DNA of 64,000 nt, taken from contig JANOAV010000212.1 of the NCBI GenBank assembly GCA_031411295.1, forward strand, positions 1-64,000, given 5' to 3'. Positions within the stretch are counted from its first letter, which is position 1. Every line of letters begins with the position of its first letter. Position numbers and translations under genes: made by a program. Source of the stretch: Verrucomicrobiales bacterium (GTDB lineage Bacteria; Verrucomicrobiota; Verrucomicrobiia; Verrucomicrobiales; V1-33). Of this stretch, positions 47,503 to 57,164 are shown in pieces. A model generated the notes under the pieces. It did not search any database. It worked only from the letters and a program-made list of their open reading frames with translations, and was not told where the DNA came from.

Positions 47503-48549
47503 ATGAAGAACGATACCATTCAGATTTCCCACGAACTCCTGCTCCTGCTCTCCGAAATTGATGAGTTCAAGGGGGCTTGGCGCACGATGGGAACGCTGGC
47601 TCCAGAGCGGCTCGCAGTGCTGCGGCAAGCCGCCACGATTGAGGCCATTGTTTCTGCTGCCCGGATTGAAGGGAGTGAATTGACCGCTCAGGAGATCGAG
47701 CGGGTGTTGGCCCGGCCATTGGTGAAATACTCCGCGAGCCGGGACGAACAGGAAGTGGCCGCCTACGCCGAGGCGTTGGAAACGATCTTCCGGGCATGGC
47801 AGAACATCTCCATTTCCGAAAATCAACTGCGGCAACTGCATCGGGATCTTATCCGGTCCAATGACACGGATCAGCGTCAGCCCGGAACCTACAAAGCACG
47901 GCCCAATCACGTGGGGGCCTTTGATCCGAGCGGAAACAAAGTGTTGTTCTTCCTGGAGACCGTCTCGCCTGAGGAGACACCGGGGCGCATGGCGGAATTG
48001 ATCGCGTGGCTCAACGAGACACGAGAGCAGAAGCGCCTCCATCCCTTGCTCATCGTGGCGGTTTTCAAAGCGGTGTTCCTGGAGATTCACCCGTTCTCCG
48101 AAGGTAACGGACGTTTAAGTCGAGTGCTCACGACGCTGCTCTTATTGCAGGGCGGTTATGGGTTTGTCCCGTATATTTCTCTCGAAAGCGCCTTGGAGCA
48201 GAGCAAGGACAACTACTATCTGGCCCTGCGGCAGACGCAGGGAACCATACGCCAAGCCACGCCCAATTGGCAGCCTTGGTTGCGGTTCTTCTTCCGCGCC
48301 ATGGTCCAACAAGTGCGGCAGTTGGCGCAAACGATCGAACGTGAGCAGGGCGCATTTTCCGCTCTCCCCCAATTGGCGCTGCACATTCTGGACTACGCTC
48401 GCGGCCATGGCCGAGTGGGCATGAGTCAAATGATTGAACTTACGGGAGCCAGCCGAAACACACTGAAGGAGCATTTCCGGAAACTCGTGGAGCATCAGCT
48501 GTTAGTGCAGCAGGGCGGGGGCCGCTCCACTTGGTATCAGTTGGCGTGA
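47503..48549 (+). CDS. Fic-domain protein with C-terminal winged HTH
   Basis: HPFSEGNGRLSR, N-terminal SAARIEG and C-terminal SRNTLK.H...L...G.GRSTWY. Confidence 0.93.
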   Translation: MKNDTIQISHELLLLLSEIDEFKGAWRTMGTLAPERLAVLRQAATIEAIVSAARIEGSELTAQEIERVLARPLVKYSASRDEQEVAAYAEALETIFRAWQNISISENQLRQLHRDLIRSNDTDQRQPGTYKARPNHVGAFDPSGNKVLFFLETVSPEETPGRMAELIAWLNETREQKRLHPLLIVAVFKAVFLEIHPFSEGNGRLSRVLTTLLLLQGGYGFVPYISLESALEQSKDNYYLALRQTQGTIRQATPNWQPWLRFFFRAMVQQVRQLAQTIEREQGAFSALPQLALHILDYARGHGRVGMSQMIELTGASRNTLKEHFRKLVEHQLLVQQGGGRSTWYQLA

Positions 48550-48560
48550 AATTTCCTGCT

Positions 48561-49526
48561 TCAGGACAAGGAGCGCTTCTCCTGATACACGCTGGCGGGG
48601 ACGGGTTTGAGATCCCAGATGATGCCGAGCCATGAGAGGATCTTGAGACCGTAGTAGGTGGGATCTATTTCCCACCAGAGGAAACCCTGGCGGGCGGCAC
48701 CCATATAACGATGGTGATTGTTGTGCCAGCCCTCGCCCAGTGTTAGGAGAGCGAGCCAGAAGTTGTTGCGGCTGTCGTCTTCGGTTTTGAAATCCCGTTT
48801 CCCCCAGACGTGAGCCAGGGAATTGATGAACAACGTAGCATGGAGCAGGACCGTGGAACTGATGAAGAATCCCCAGACCAACAGCTGCCATCCAGTCACA
48901 CCCAACGCAGGGAAGTTGTTGCCCAGCCAACTACCTAGTCCGTAAAGCGCAAAACCCATGAGGGCGGGCACGATGAGATCGAAGCGATTCAAGAAAACAA
49001 GTTCAGGATATTTCGCGAAATCTTTGATGTCCTTATAGTTAGTGGGGAAGTTTCGGCTGCTCGTCATCCAGCCAATGTGCGACCACCAGAATCCCTTGGT
49101 AATAGGGGAATGCGCGTCTTCGTCAGTGTCTGAATGTCGGTGATGGTGGCGATGCGTAGCCGCCCACCAGAGCGGCCCGCGTTGGATGGAGCTATTGCCC
49201 AAGGCCGCAAAAAGAAATTGCACCACCCGACTGGTGTGGAAGGTGCGGTGGGAAAAGTAACGATGATAGAACGCGGTGATGGCGAACATGCGAATCACGT
49301 AAAGCGCTACGGCAACGAGCACCGCTGTGAGGCTCCATCCAGTCCAGATCACTCCCAGGCAGCCAATATGGAGGAAGACAAATGGCAGACAACGTCGCCA
49401 TTCAAATTTGTCAGGCTTGGCACGCGTCGCATCGGCTCCTTCAGGGAAATAGTCCGAGTCGAACCATTGCAGCACGGTTTGCAGCGCAGACTTGGCTGCG
49501 GTGGGGGCTGGTGGGGTTGGACTCAA
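48561..49526 (-). CDS. acyl-CoA (delta-9-type) fatty acid desaturase
   Basis: YHRYFSH, HRHHH, NSLAH, GEGWHNNHH and WWEID. TTG start. Confidence 0.94.
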   Translation of the reverse strand: MSPTPPAPTAAKSALQTVLQWFDSDYFPEGADATRAKPDKFEWRRCLPFVFLHIGCLGVIWTGWSLTAVLVAVALYVIRMFAITAFYHRYFSHRTFHTSRVVQFLFAALGNSSIQRGPLWWAATHRHHHRHSDTDEDAHSPITKGFWWSHIGWMTSSRNFPTNYKDIKDFAKYPELVFLNRFDLIVPALMGFALYGLGSWLGNNFPALGVTGWQLLVWGFFISSTVLLHATLFINSLAHVWGKRDFKTEDDSRNNFWLALLTLGEGWHNNHHRYMGAARQGFLWWEIDPTYYGLKILSWLGIIWDLKPVPASVYQEKRSLS

Positions 49527-49568
49527 GCTTTGGAGGAGGGTGATGGTGGAGATACGGCAAACTCCTAC

Positions 49569-50156
49569 TTAGGCACCCGGGCGAACGGTCTTGACTGCGG
49601 AAGGCTGCGGAACTTTAACGAATTTCGTTGGATCATAGCCGTGCTGTTTGAGTCTTTCAAGAATTGCTTGGTAGGTTGTTTCAGGCAGGGTGGTTCCGCG
49701 AGCCATGATCCAGCCATATTTGCGCGAAGGATGCCCCACCACCGTCCATTGATAATTCGGGTCCAATTCAAGAACCAGGTAGGCAACCTTAACAAAAGGC
49801 AAAAACTTCACCCGCCACTCCGCGTTGGTTTCTTTGTTATACACCTCCGCCTTGAAGGTCAGTTTCTTTTGCGGAGCATCGAAGGACTTTTTCCGAAACT
49901 GGAAACTATTACCGATGGAGCCGTCCGGCAGCAGCCAGTAAGTCTCGATCGAATCAACGCAATCCTTCTCCGCCCAGTAGGGAATATTCGCAATGACGCG
50001 CCAATCTCCCATGTAACGTGGCAGATCAACATGCGAGACAGTCTTCAGTGGCTGAGGAGAATTCATGGAGGTAGCGGGACGAGTGGCACAGGAAGAGAGG
50101 GCAAGACAAAAGAAGCTGCCAACCAGCACAAGGAAACGATTGAGGAAACAGTTCAT
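49569..50156 (-). CDS. blc: bacterial lipocalin lipoprotein (Blc-like)
   Basis: Lipobox LSSC, VDL.RYMG.W..IA, Y.VL.LD.NY and R.Y.WIM.R. Confidence 0.88.
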   Translation of the reverse strand: MNCFLNRFLVLVGSFFCLALSSCATRPATSMNSPQPLKTVSHVDLPRYMGDWRVIANIPYWAEKDCVDSIETYWLLPDGSIGNSFQFRKKSFDAPQKKLTFKAEVYNKETNAEWRVKFLPFVKVAYLVLELDPNYQWTVVGHPSRKYGWIMARGTTLPETTYQAILERLKQHGYDPTKFVKVPQPSAVKTVRPGA

Positions 50157-50261
50157 GCGTTGGAAACGCACCAAGGCCTGCCTTGGATGCGTCAAACTCC
50201 ACGCGCAAGTCCGGGAGGACCATGCATCGTGCCAGAACGGCCCGCCAGAGTTAGGCTATAG

Positions 50262-50681
50262 CTACGGATTCCCAGAAAAGCGGGCGATGAACTCCTCAGG
50301 AGCTAAAACCGGCACCGGACTTTTTGAAAATCCAGCGCCATCCCGAGTAACGATAAAATCAGCTAGAGCGGCTTCCGCTGCTGCTGCTTGCATGGCATCT
50401 TCAAGATCTGGAAAATCTAAATCGAAGGCTCGCAGCGCTGCTGTTTGCCCTGTCTCCACGACTGTCATTGCCATGAGAATATCTTTCAACATCTCTGTTG
50501 CCTTCTGGCGACCCTCCTTCTTGGCTACAATGTAGAAGGTGGTCGCCAAGGTGTGCCAGGCAATTACAACATCCGCATCAAGTGAGTCACAGGTGTCCAA
50601 TACAGATTGACTGTTGGCATAATGAGGGCTGCGCTGAGTGACAATATCCAAGAGGATATTTGTATCGAAGAAAATCAACAT
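50262..50681 (-). CDS. PIN-domain (VapC-like) toxin
   Basis: FDTNILLD, D.EDA.Q..AA and IVTRD...F. Confidence 0.9.
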   Translation of the reverse strand: MLIFFDTNILLDIVTQRSPHYANSQSVLDTCDSLDADVVIAWHTLATTFYIVAKKEGRQKATEMLKDILMAMTVVETGQTAALRAFDLDFPDLEDAMQAAAAEAALADFIVTRDGAGFSKSPVPVLAPEEFIARFSGNP

Positions 50682-50690
50682 GGGAAAATA

Positions 50691-50948
50691 CTAGGAACCA
50701 AAACGCTCCATCATGGCCGCATCACGGACCGATTGAATGGTCTCCCCATCCTTGAGCTTCATGGCTCCCGCCCATTTCCTGCCCCAATCTCCTAGCTTCA
50801 TTTTTAGAGCTTTGGTAGGCGCTTCCGCTTCCGTGAGTGAAATCACTTTGAAGGTGATTTTCCCCGAAAGAATTTGATAACCCACAACAGTTTCCCCTTC
50901 ACGCAGATGAAGGAGTTCAAGGGGTAAGGATGTTTCTCGGAGCGTCAT
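50691..50948 (-). CDS. putative antitoxin (AbrB-like N-terminus)
   Basis: 85 aa, 9 nt upstream of the PIN gene. LP.ELL.L.EGE.V motif and an amphipathic C-terminus. Confidence 0.6.
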   Translation of the reverse strand: MTLRETSLPLELLHLREGETVVGYQILSGKITFKVISLTEAEAPTKALKMKLGDWGRKWAGAMKLKDGETIQSVRDAAMMERFGS

Positions 50949-51176
50949 AAATTAATGGGTTGCTGTCGGATTCTATCCTGAAAGTAGGAAATTGCAAGCC
51001 AGAGCCTTGCGTGGCAGGCGTCGCATCCGTGGGCCAAACGAATTTCCTCTTGTCCGCAGTCGCTTCCCGACGCACTCAGTCTCATGCTGAAACTATCCGC
51101 CCTGCGCTTCCATTTGCTTCAGAAGGCAGCACCAGCGCTTGCACTGCGCATGCCTGCACCCTAGGCTCGCGGCCTT

Positions 51177-52433
51177 ATGCGACTTGAATTGATTACCACC
51201 GGGACAGAACTATTGCTGGGCAACACGCTGAACACGCACCTCACTTATCTGGGCGAGAAACTTTTGCCGTTCGGCTTGCGCATCGGTCGCCAATTGGCTA
51301 TTCCCGACGGAGACGTAATCCGCGAGTCGCTGCTGGAAGCCTTTCCGCGAAACGAAATCGTCATAGTGACTGGTGGCTTGGGGCCTACCAGTGATGACCT
51401 CACCCGGGAAATCACCGCTGATTTGTTGGGCCTGCCGCTGGAGGAGAACGCGGACGTGTTGCAACGGATCAAGGATCGACTGGCCCGACGCAAAAAGGAA
51501 ATCAACGAACAGACGAGACGTCAGGCTCAAGTCCCCGTGGGCGCTCAGGTCTTAGCCAACGATTTCGGAACCGCCCCAGGCTTGTATTTTCCGGCTCAGG
51601 CCCATTGTCCCGCCACCGGTCGCCCATCCCCACATTTGTTTTTGCTGCCAGGGCCTCCCCGGGAGTTGAAGCCGATGTTCACCAACATGGTGTCCCCCAT
51701 CCTGCGGCAGATCTGCCAAGGCAAAACCAAGTTGGCGGAAATGCGTAATTTCCGGCTGGCCGGCCTGGGGGAATCCGAGGTCTCCGCCACCGTGGAACCA
51801 GCCCTGCTGGCTCTGGGAGAAGATCTGGAAATTGGCTATTGCGCCCGCATGGGCGAGGTCATCGTGCGGGTGTTAGGAACGCCAGAACAAATGGAGGCTG
51901 CCCGCAACGTCGTGGCCGCTGCCTTTCCCAAGCAATTCTTCTCCGCCACGGATCAAAGCATGGAATTCACCGTGGTGGACCTGCTGAAGCGCTTTGGACG
52001 GACGGTGGCCACAGCCGAAAGCTGCACCGGTGGACTCATCGCGCATCGGATCACCAATATTCCCGGAGCCTCGGCGGTGCTCACCCGGGGTTACGTGACG
52101 TATGCGAACAGTGCCAAAGAAGAATTGCTAGGCGTCCCGGCCGCCCTGTTGAAGGAGCACGGAGCCGTCAGTGCCGAAGTCTGCCAAGCCATGGTGGAAG
52201 GCTGTCTGGCGCGCGCGGGCACGGATTATGCCGTAGCCGTGACGGGCATTGCCGGACCAGACGGCGGGAGCGAGCAGAAGCCGGTGGGCACCGTCTTCAT
52301 CGGCATCGCCAGCAAAGACGGTCAAGCCACTCTGGTCGAACGCCACCTCTTCCCTTACGAGCGGGAAACCTTCAAGTTCACCGTTTCCCAGACCGCCTTG
52401 GATCTGGTGCGGAAGCGGTGCGCTGGGCTGTAA
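51177..52433 (+). CDS. cinA: competence/damage-inducible protein CinA (MoCF + PncC domains)
   Basis: GTELLLG...NT, TGGLGPT.DD.T, GTAPG, LPGPP.E, AESCTGG and TGIAGPDGGS..KPVG. Confidence 0.95.
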   Translation: MRLELITTGTELLLGNTLNTHLTYLGEKLLPFGLRIGRQLAIPDGDVIRESLLEAFPRNEIVIVTGGLGPTSDDLTREITADLLGLPLEENADVLQRIKDRLARRKKEINEQTRRQAQVPVGAQVLANDFGTAPGLYFPAQAHCPATGRPSPHLFLLPGPPRELKPMFTNMVSPILRQICQGKTKLAEMRNFRLAGLGESEVSATVEPALLALGEDLEIGYCARMGEVIVRVLGTPEQMEAARNVVAAAFPKQFFSATDQSMEFTVVDLLKRFGRTVATAESCTGGLIAHRITNIPGASAVLTRGYVTYANSAKEELLGVPAALLKEHGAVSAEVCQAMVEGCLARAGTDYAVAVTGIAGPDGGSEQKPVGTVFIGIASKDGQATLVERHLFPYERETFKFTVSQTALDLVRKRCAGL

Positions 52434-52438
52434 ACGCA

Positions 52439-52573
52439 ATCACCGCCGCCAAGTGCCGGATTTCCCCGCTGGGCAACACGCCCAGCGCAGCCTGGAAACG
52501 GCGGCCGCGCCCACTAAGTTGGCGGCCCCCGATTCCTCGGGTTTGTAGAAAATCAGCACCTGGCGGCGGTGAT
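52439..52573. other. 135-nt multi-stem structured intergenic element (candidate ncRNA or MITE)
   Basis: 18-bp terminal inverted repeat (17/18 match) enclosing three hairpins. Confidence 0.55.
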
Positions 52574-52737
52574 CTCAGCGCCGATTTATTTGCGCCGATA
52601 TGTTTGTAATTAGCAAATTTCTAGCCGGAGCGTCCAGTAAAATTGCAAAATAATTTATGCGCCCGGTCCAAAGATTCGGGAAATTATGGCTTGAGAAATT
52701 TCTTAGGCCAATTAGTCATCCTTTCTTCTACCCACAC

Positions 52738-52809
<72 letters not shown>

Positions 52810-52912
52810 TCTTTTATTTCAGTCCTTCGGGCTCAGGGCGACATTCCGCTTGCCGAAGTTGCGGCTTCCGATTTAAAAACCTGCTGTAACTTTAAATCAC
52901 ACTGCAAGCACT

Positions 52913-53644
52913 ATGGGAGCCCAATGGAAACAGAAATGGCGGGAAATGGCCGCCGATAAAAAAGGAAAAACCTCGACGAAATTCGTGCGGGAAATTCAGA
53001 TCGCGGCCAAACTGGGTGGTCCGCATCCGGAATACAATGCGCGCTTGGCGGTGGCCGTGGAAAACGCCAAGAAGGCCAGCGTTTACAAGGACACCATCGA
53101 ACGCGCGATTGCCAAGGGCGCTGGGTTGGATGCGGGCAGTGCCGCCATGGAAGAGTTGGTCTTCGAAGGCTTCGCCCCGCATCGCGTGCCGGTGATTGTG
53201 GAGGCGCTGACGGAAAACAATAACCGCACGGCACCGGAGTTGCGAGTGTTGTTCCGCGCGGGTTCGCTGGGGGCCAAGGGCTCGGTCGGGTTTCTGTTTA
53301 ATCACGTGGCGCTGATCGAGGCCCATCATCCGGACGGCACTCAGGATCTGGAATCCGCCGCCATTGAAGCGGGGGCAGACGATGTGGTTCCGTTGACGGC
53401 GGATGATTTGGAGGAACTGCCGGAAGGGCATGTGGCGGGACGTTTCATCAGCCCCACCACCCAACTGGATGCGGTGGGCAAGGCGCTGAAGGCGGCTGGC
53501 TGGCTCATCACCACCAGTGAAATGAGCTATCTGCCCAAGGACTATCCCGTCCTGACGGAAGCGCAGCATGATGAGGTGCAGAAGTTCCTCCAAGCATTGG
53601 ATGAGCATCCCGATGTCACCCGGGTGCATGCGGCCATGAAGTAG
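52913..53644 (+). CDS. yebC: YebC/PmpR family protein
   Basis: REI.IAAK.GG..P..N.RL..A, IERAI.KG, EGFAP..V.VIVE.LT.N.NRT and L.E..DV..V. Confidence 0.92.
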   Translation: MGAQWKQKWREMAADKKGKTSTKFVREIQIAAKLGGPHPEYNARLAVAVENAKKASVYKDTIERAIAKGAGLDAGSAAMEELVFEGFAPHRVPVIVEALTENNNRTAPELRVLFRAGSLGAKGSVGFLFNHVALIEAHHPDGTQDLESAAIEAGADDVVPLTADDLEELPEGHVAGRFISPTTQLDAVGKALKAAGWLITTSEMSYLPKDYPVLTEAQHDEVQKFLQALDEHPDVTRVHAAMK

Positions 53645-53651
53645 TAGCCCC

Positions 53652-55382
53652 TCAGAGATCCCTGAGCTGATAAGTGAATAAGAAAATCAGCAGGGCGGAC
53701 TCGAGTCCTGTCAGATAGAGCAATCGTGAGGCAAACTCCAAGCCCACGAGGTGACTGGCCGCCACGAACGAGGCCGACGTTAGGATCGCCACGCCCAGCA
53801 GGAACACCCATTGGGGACCGAAAATGTTTCCTTTCGCCAACCGGACGCGACGCAATTCCTGACAGTAGCCATAGGCTAATGACATGAGAATAATGGTCGG
53901 AACCGCGTCCAATGAGAGCACGCCGCGGGGATCGCTCCGACCGATGCAGAAGTCGTAGCCACCATGCAGGAGGATCATCGCGATGATGGTGATGAGGCTT
54001 TGCTCCCAGAAATTGCGGGGGAAACGAACCCAGCGCGCCAACGCCAGACCGCTCAATCCGGTCAGCGCGATGTGCATGAAATTGGCCGTGATGAAGCGGG
54101 AAAGCGCGGACGCTTTGGCCAGTCCGCCGAAGTATTGAATGTTCTCCTGCATGGCAAAGCCCAGCCCGACGCAGCCTGCAGTCACCAGGATCTCCGCGTC
54201 TGACTTTTGCCGCAGCCACCACAGCAGGGGCGCGAAGAGGAGGAGCTTGGACAGCTCCTCTCTGAGGCCAACGCCGGAGACGTAGAAAATCAGATCGTTG
54301 ACAAATTCCCCGTTCCGCTCCAACCCCACCAACCGTTCCTGCAGAGAAAGAATATACAGGGTGACAATGGGGCTGAGGAATCCGAGCGCTATCGCAGCAA
54401 CGCTCAACCCGTGCCCGCGCACTGGCACCCCACCCAGCTGATGCAGCAGCAGAAACCACACCACGCCACAGAGCAAGGTCAACAATGATTCCACCAATGA
54501 ACTCTGCGCCTGGCTGAAGACGTATTTTACCGTCAGGGTTAGAAGCTCCCCGTAATTCCCCAGCAGCAGCGCGCCCTCCCGCTGATGGTAAGCTGATAGC
54601 TGCTGCCATGGCTCCTGATATTCTGGAAGCGTCCGCAGGAGTTGCAGCCGATCCCGGAAGCGTTGATCCAGGCATAAGGTTAACGCACGCTTCTTGCAGG
54701 AGGCTGCTTCAGGCTCCTGCCCTGCCTTGATGTAATAGTCCAGAGCCTTGAGGAAATTCCGTTCCGCCAGGGCACATTCCGCCAGCAGTTCCTGGACTCT
54801 TGGCACCGGAGGCTGCTGCTTGGCGCTCTGTTCCAATGCGGTCAGGGCATTCTGGGATGCTGGATTATTCAGCCATAACACCGCTGCCGCATGCTGGAAC
54901 AATTGCGTGCGATCCTCGTTAAGTTTGGCTAGAGCAATCAGCTGCAAGTAAAATTCATGACGCTCCTGGGCGGAAATGTCCTCTAGTTCTTCCAGCAGCT
55001 CCATGGATTCCGCGGACTCCTCCTTGGTTTCGTGCGGAAATAATTGCTGGGGGTCACCCACCCTAAAGCGTGACTGCAAGCCCCGCAGCCACTCTGTTAG
55101 CTGAGCTTCGGTGACTGGCTGTTCCGCCAGGTCCTTTAGAATCGCTTGCATCACCTCCTGCGGATCGGGTGCGGCGGCAGCCGCTTGGACCAGCTCCTCC
55201 AACTGAGACTGTGGGTCCGTGGGGTCGCTCCGCCCAACTTGGTGCGATGGCAGCGGCTGGGAAGGGGGATTTTTGCGGCCCAACGTCCACGCCAAAGCAA
55301 AACCTGCCAGCAATACTAGCAAGACAGTGCGAACAATGAAGCCCGGTTGCCGGGTGCGGTAATGCCAACGACGACGATCCAT
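53652..55382 (-). CDS. PrsW-family glutamic intramembrane protease with large N-terminal helical/TPR-like region
   Basis: GLREELSK, GLGFA..EN..Y, FMH and LHG.YD motifs in the multi-TM C-terminal half. Confidence 0.85.
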   Translation of the reverse strand: MDRRRWHYRTRQPGFIVRTVLLVLLAGFALAWTLGRKNPPSQPLPSHQVGRSDPTDPQSQLEELVQAAAAAPDPQEVMQAILKDLAEQPVTEAQLTEWLRGLQSRFRVGDPQQLFPHETKEESAESMELLEELEDISAQERHEFYLQLIALAKLNEDRTQLFQHAAAVLWLNNPASQNALTALEQSAKQQPPVPRVQELLAECALAERNFLKALDYYIKAGQEPEAASCKKRALTLCLDQRFRDRLQLLRTLPEYQEPWQQLSAYHQREGALLLGNYGELLTLTVKYVFSQAQSSLVESLLTLLCGVVWFLLLHQLGGVPVRGHGLSVAAIALGFLSPIVTLYILSLQERLVGLERNGEFVNDLIFYVSGVGLREELSKLLLFAPLLWWLRQKSDAEILVTAGCVGLGFAMQENIQYFGGLAKASALSRFITANFMHIALTGLSGLALARWVRFPRNFWEQSLITIIAMILLHGGYDFCIGRSDPRGVLSLDAVPTIILMSLAYGYCQELRRVRLAKGNIFGPQWVFLLGVAILTSASFVAASHLVGLEFASRLLYLTGLESALLIFLFTYQLRDL

Positions 55383-55461
55383 AGTGATCGCGATAGCATG
55401 GCTGCTGCGGAAAACAATCGGTGTTCTTAAGGCTCCGCCCCGCAGCCAACTGGAAGATACC

Positions 55462-56883
55462 CTACAGAATATCCCCCGGCTCGTAGCCAGCCGCAGCGGG
55501 AACTTTTACTAACCAAGCCAAGGCACGCTGAGAAATGGCCTCCACTTGGGCTTCGGCCGCCCCGGTGCTCTCCGCTCCACCTTGGAGCAGCTCCAACGCG
55601 CGGGCTTTGGTGAGCTTCAGTTCCGGCGTGGCCACGAGTCGGTCCAGCAGATCGTTCTCGCTGAGCTTCCCTTCGCGCAGATCACGCGCCGCCGCCACGG
55701 CGTGTTCTTTGATGAGTTCGTGGGCGGTCTCGCGCCCCACGCCATTCTTCACAGCTTCCATCAGGAAGGTGGTGGTTAGCAGGAAAGGCAAATAGCGCTC
55801 CACTTCGCGACGCACCACCGCCGCGTAAACGTCCATTTGATTCAGCACCACCAGCATCGTTTCCAGCAGCCCATCAATCGCAAAGAACGCATCCGGCAAC
55901 ACCACCCGACGCACCACAGAGCACGAAACATCGCCCTCATTCCATTGGTCCCCCGCCAACGCGCTGGCCATGGTCACGTGACCTTTGAGGATCGCGTGCA
56001 GGCCGTTAATGCGTTCGCAGGAGCGGCTGTTCATTTTGTGGGGCATCGCACTGGAACCGGTCTGCCCTTTGGCAAATCCCTCGCTCGCCAACTCCTGACC
56101 CGCCATCAGTCGCAATGTTTTCGCGAAGCTGCTGGGACCACTGGCTAGATCACACAACACGCTAACCACCCGGAAATCCAGACTGCGGGGATACACCTGC
56201 CCCACCGCTTGGAACGCTGCAGGCAGCCCCAAATGCGTCGCGATGGCCTGCTCCAGCGTGGCCACTTTGGCGATATCACCATTGAACAAATTGATCTGAT
56301 CCAACTGCGTGCCCGTGGCGCCCTTAAGCCCACGCACCGGATAGGTTAGCAGCACATGCTCCAACATTTCCAGCGAGCCGAGCAACTCCTCGGCAAACAT
56401 CGCCAGGCGCTTGCCTACGGTTGTCGTTTGCGCAGCCACATTGTGGGTGCGGGCGGTTAGGATGTTCGCTTTGAACTGCACTGCGCGGGCGGAAAGTTTC
56501 CCCAACACCGCCACCGCCTTAACCCGAATGGCCTGCAGCGAACGGTAAATTTGCAATTGCTCCACATTTTCCGTCAGGTCCCGACTCGTCATGCCCTTGT
56601 GCACATGCTCGTGGCCTGCCAGTTCACAAAATTCATCGATCCGCGCCTTCACATCGTGCCGCGTGATCCGTTCGCGCGCCGCAATGGCTTCCAAGTTGAT
56701 CGTGGAAATGACATTTTCATAAGCCGCAATGGCCTCCGCCGGAATCGCCAAACCAAGGTCCCGCTGGCCTTTCATCACCGCAATCCAGAATTCCCGCTCC
56801 AGGCGGATTTTCCCGGCAGGGGACCAGATTTCGTTGATGGCAGGCGTGGCGTAGCGTTCGGCTAATACATTGGGGATAGTCAT
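55462..56883 (-). CDS. purB: adenylosuccinate lyase
   Basis: RHDV, H.GMTS.D, RTH...AQ.TT.GKR and GSSAMPHKMN. Confidence 0.96.
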   Translation of the reverse strand: MTIPNVLAERYATPAINEIWSPAGKIRLEREFWIAVMKGQRDLGLAIPAEAIAAYENVISTINLEAIAARERITRHDVKARIDEFCELAGHEHVHKGMTSRDLTENVEQLQIYRSLQAIRVKAVAVLGKLSARAVQFKANILTARTHNVAAQTTTVGKRLAMFAEELLGSLEMLEHVLLTYPVRGLKGATGTQLDQINLFNGDIAKVATLEQAIATHLGLPAAFQAVGQVYPRSLDFRVVSVLCDLASGPSSFAKTLRLMAGQELASEGFAKGQTGSSAMPHKMNSRSCERINGLHAILKGHVTMASALAGDQWNEGDVSCSVVRRVVLPDAFFAIDGLLETMLVVLNQMDVYAAVVRREVERYLPFLLTTTFLMEAVKNGVGRETAHELIKEHAVAAARDLREGKLSENDLLDRLVATPELKLTKARALELLQGGAESTGAAEAQVEAISQRALAWLVKVPAAAGYEPGDIL

Positions 56884-56985
56884 TTCGCAGGGAAGCGCGG
56901 GAATCAGCAGTGTTCAACTTGGAAAAGTGGGATTGTGGGGAGCGTAAGGTCCAACTCCAGCCGTAGGAAGTGCTTCTGCGCCCAT

Positions 56986-57109
56986 CGTAGCGGGGGAGCC
57001 CTCGCCCCCATCATTGTAAAGGGAGCGCCCTTCCCAGCGCAGTGCTTCAGAATCACTCGTGACGAGGGCGTCCCGACCACAGGGTGGGAGCGGGGGCGCT
57101 CCCACTACG
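56986..57109. repeat. nested GTAG/GTGG REP-like elements
   Basis: CGTAGCGGGGGAGCCCTCGCCCCCA versus TGGGAGCGGGGGCGCTCCCACTACG, with a degenerate inner pair. Confidence 0.6.
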
Positions 57110-57164
57110 ACGCCCTCAGTTGACAATGCCGGTGCCGTCCATAGCATGGCTCACCTAACTCCCC

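Noticed and set aside
52439..52573. SRP RNA, tRNA or 6S identity for the structured element
   Set aside because: No SRP helix-8 motif, no T-loop and no central bubble; kept only as an unknown element.
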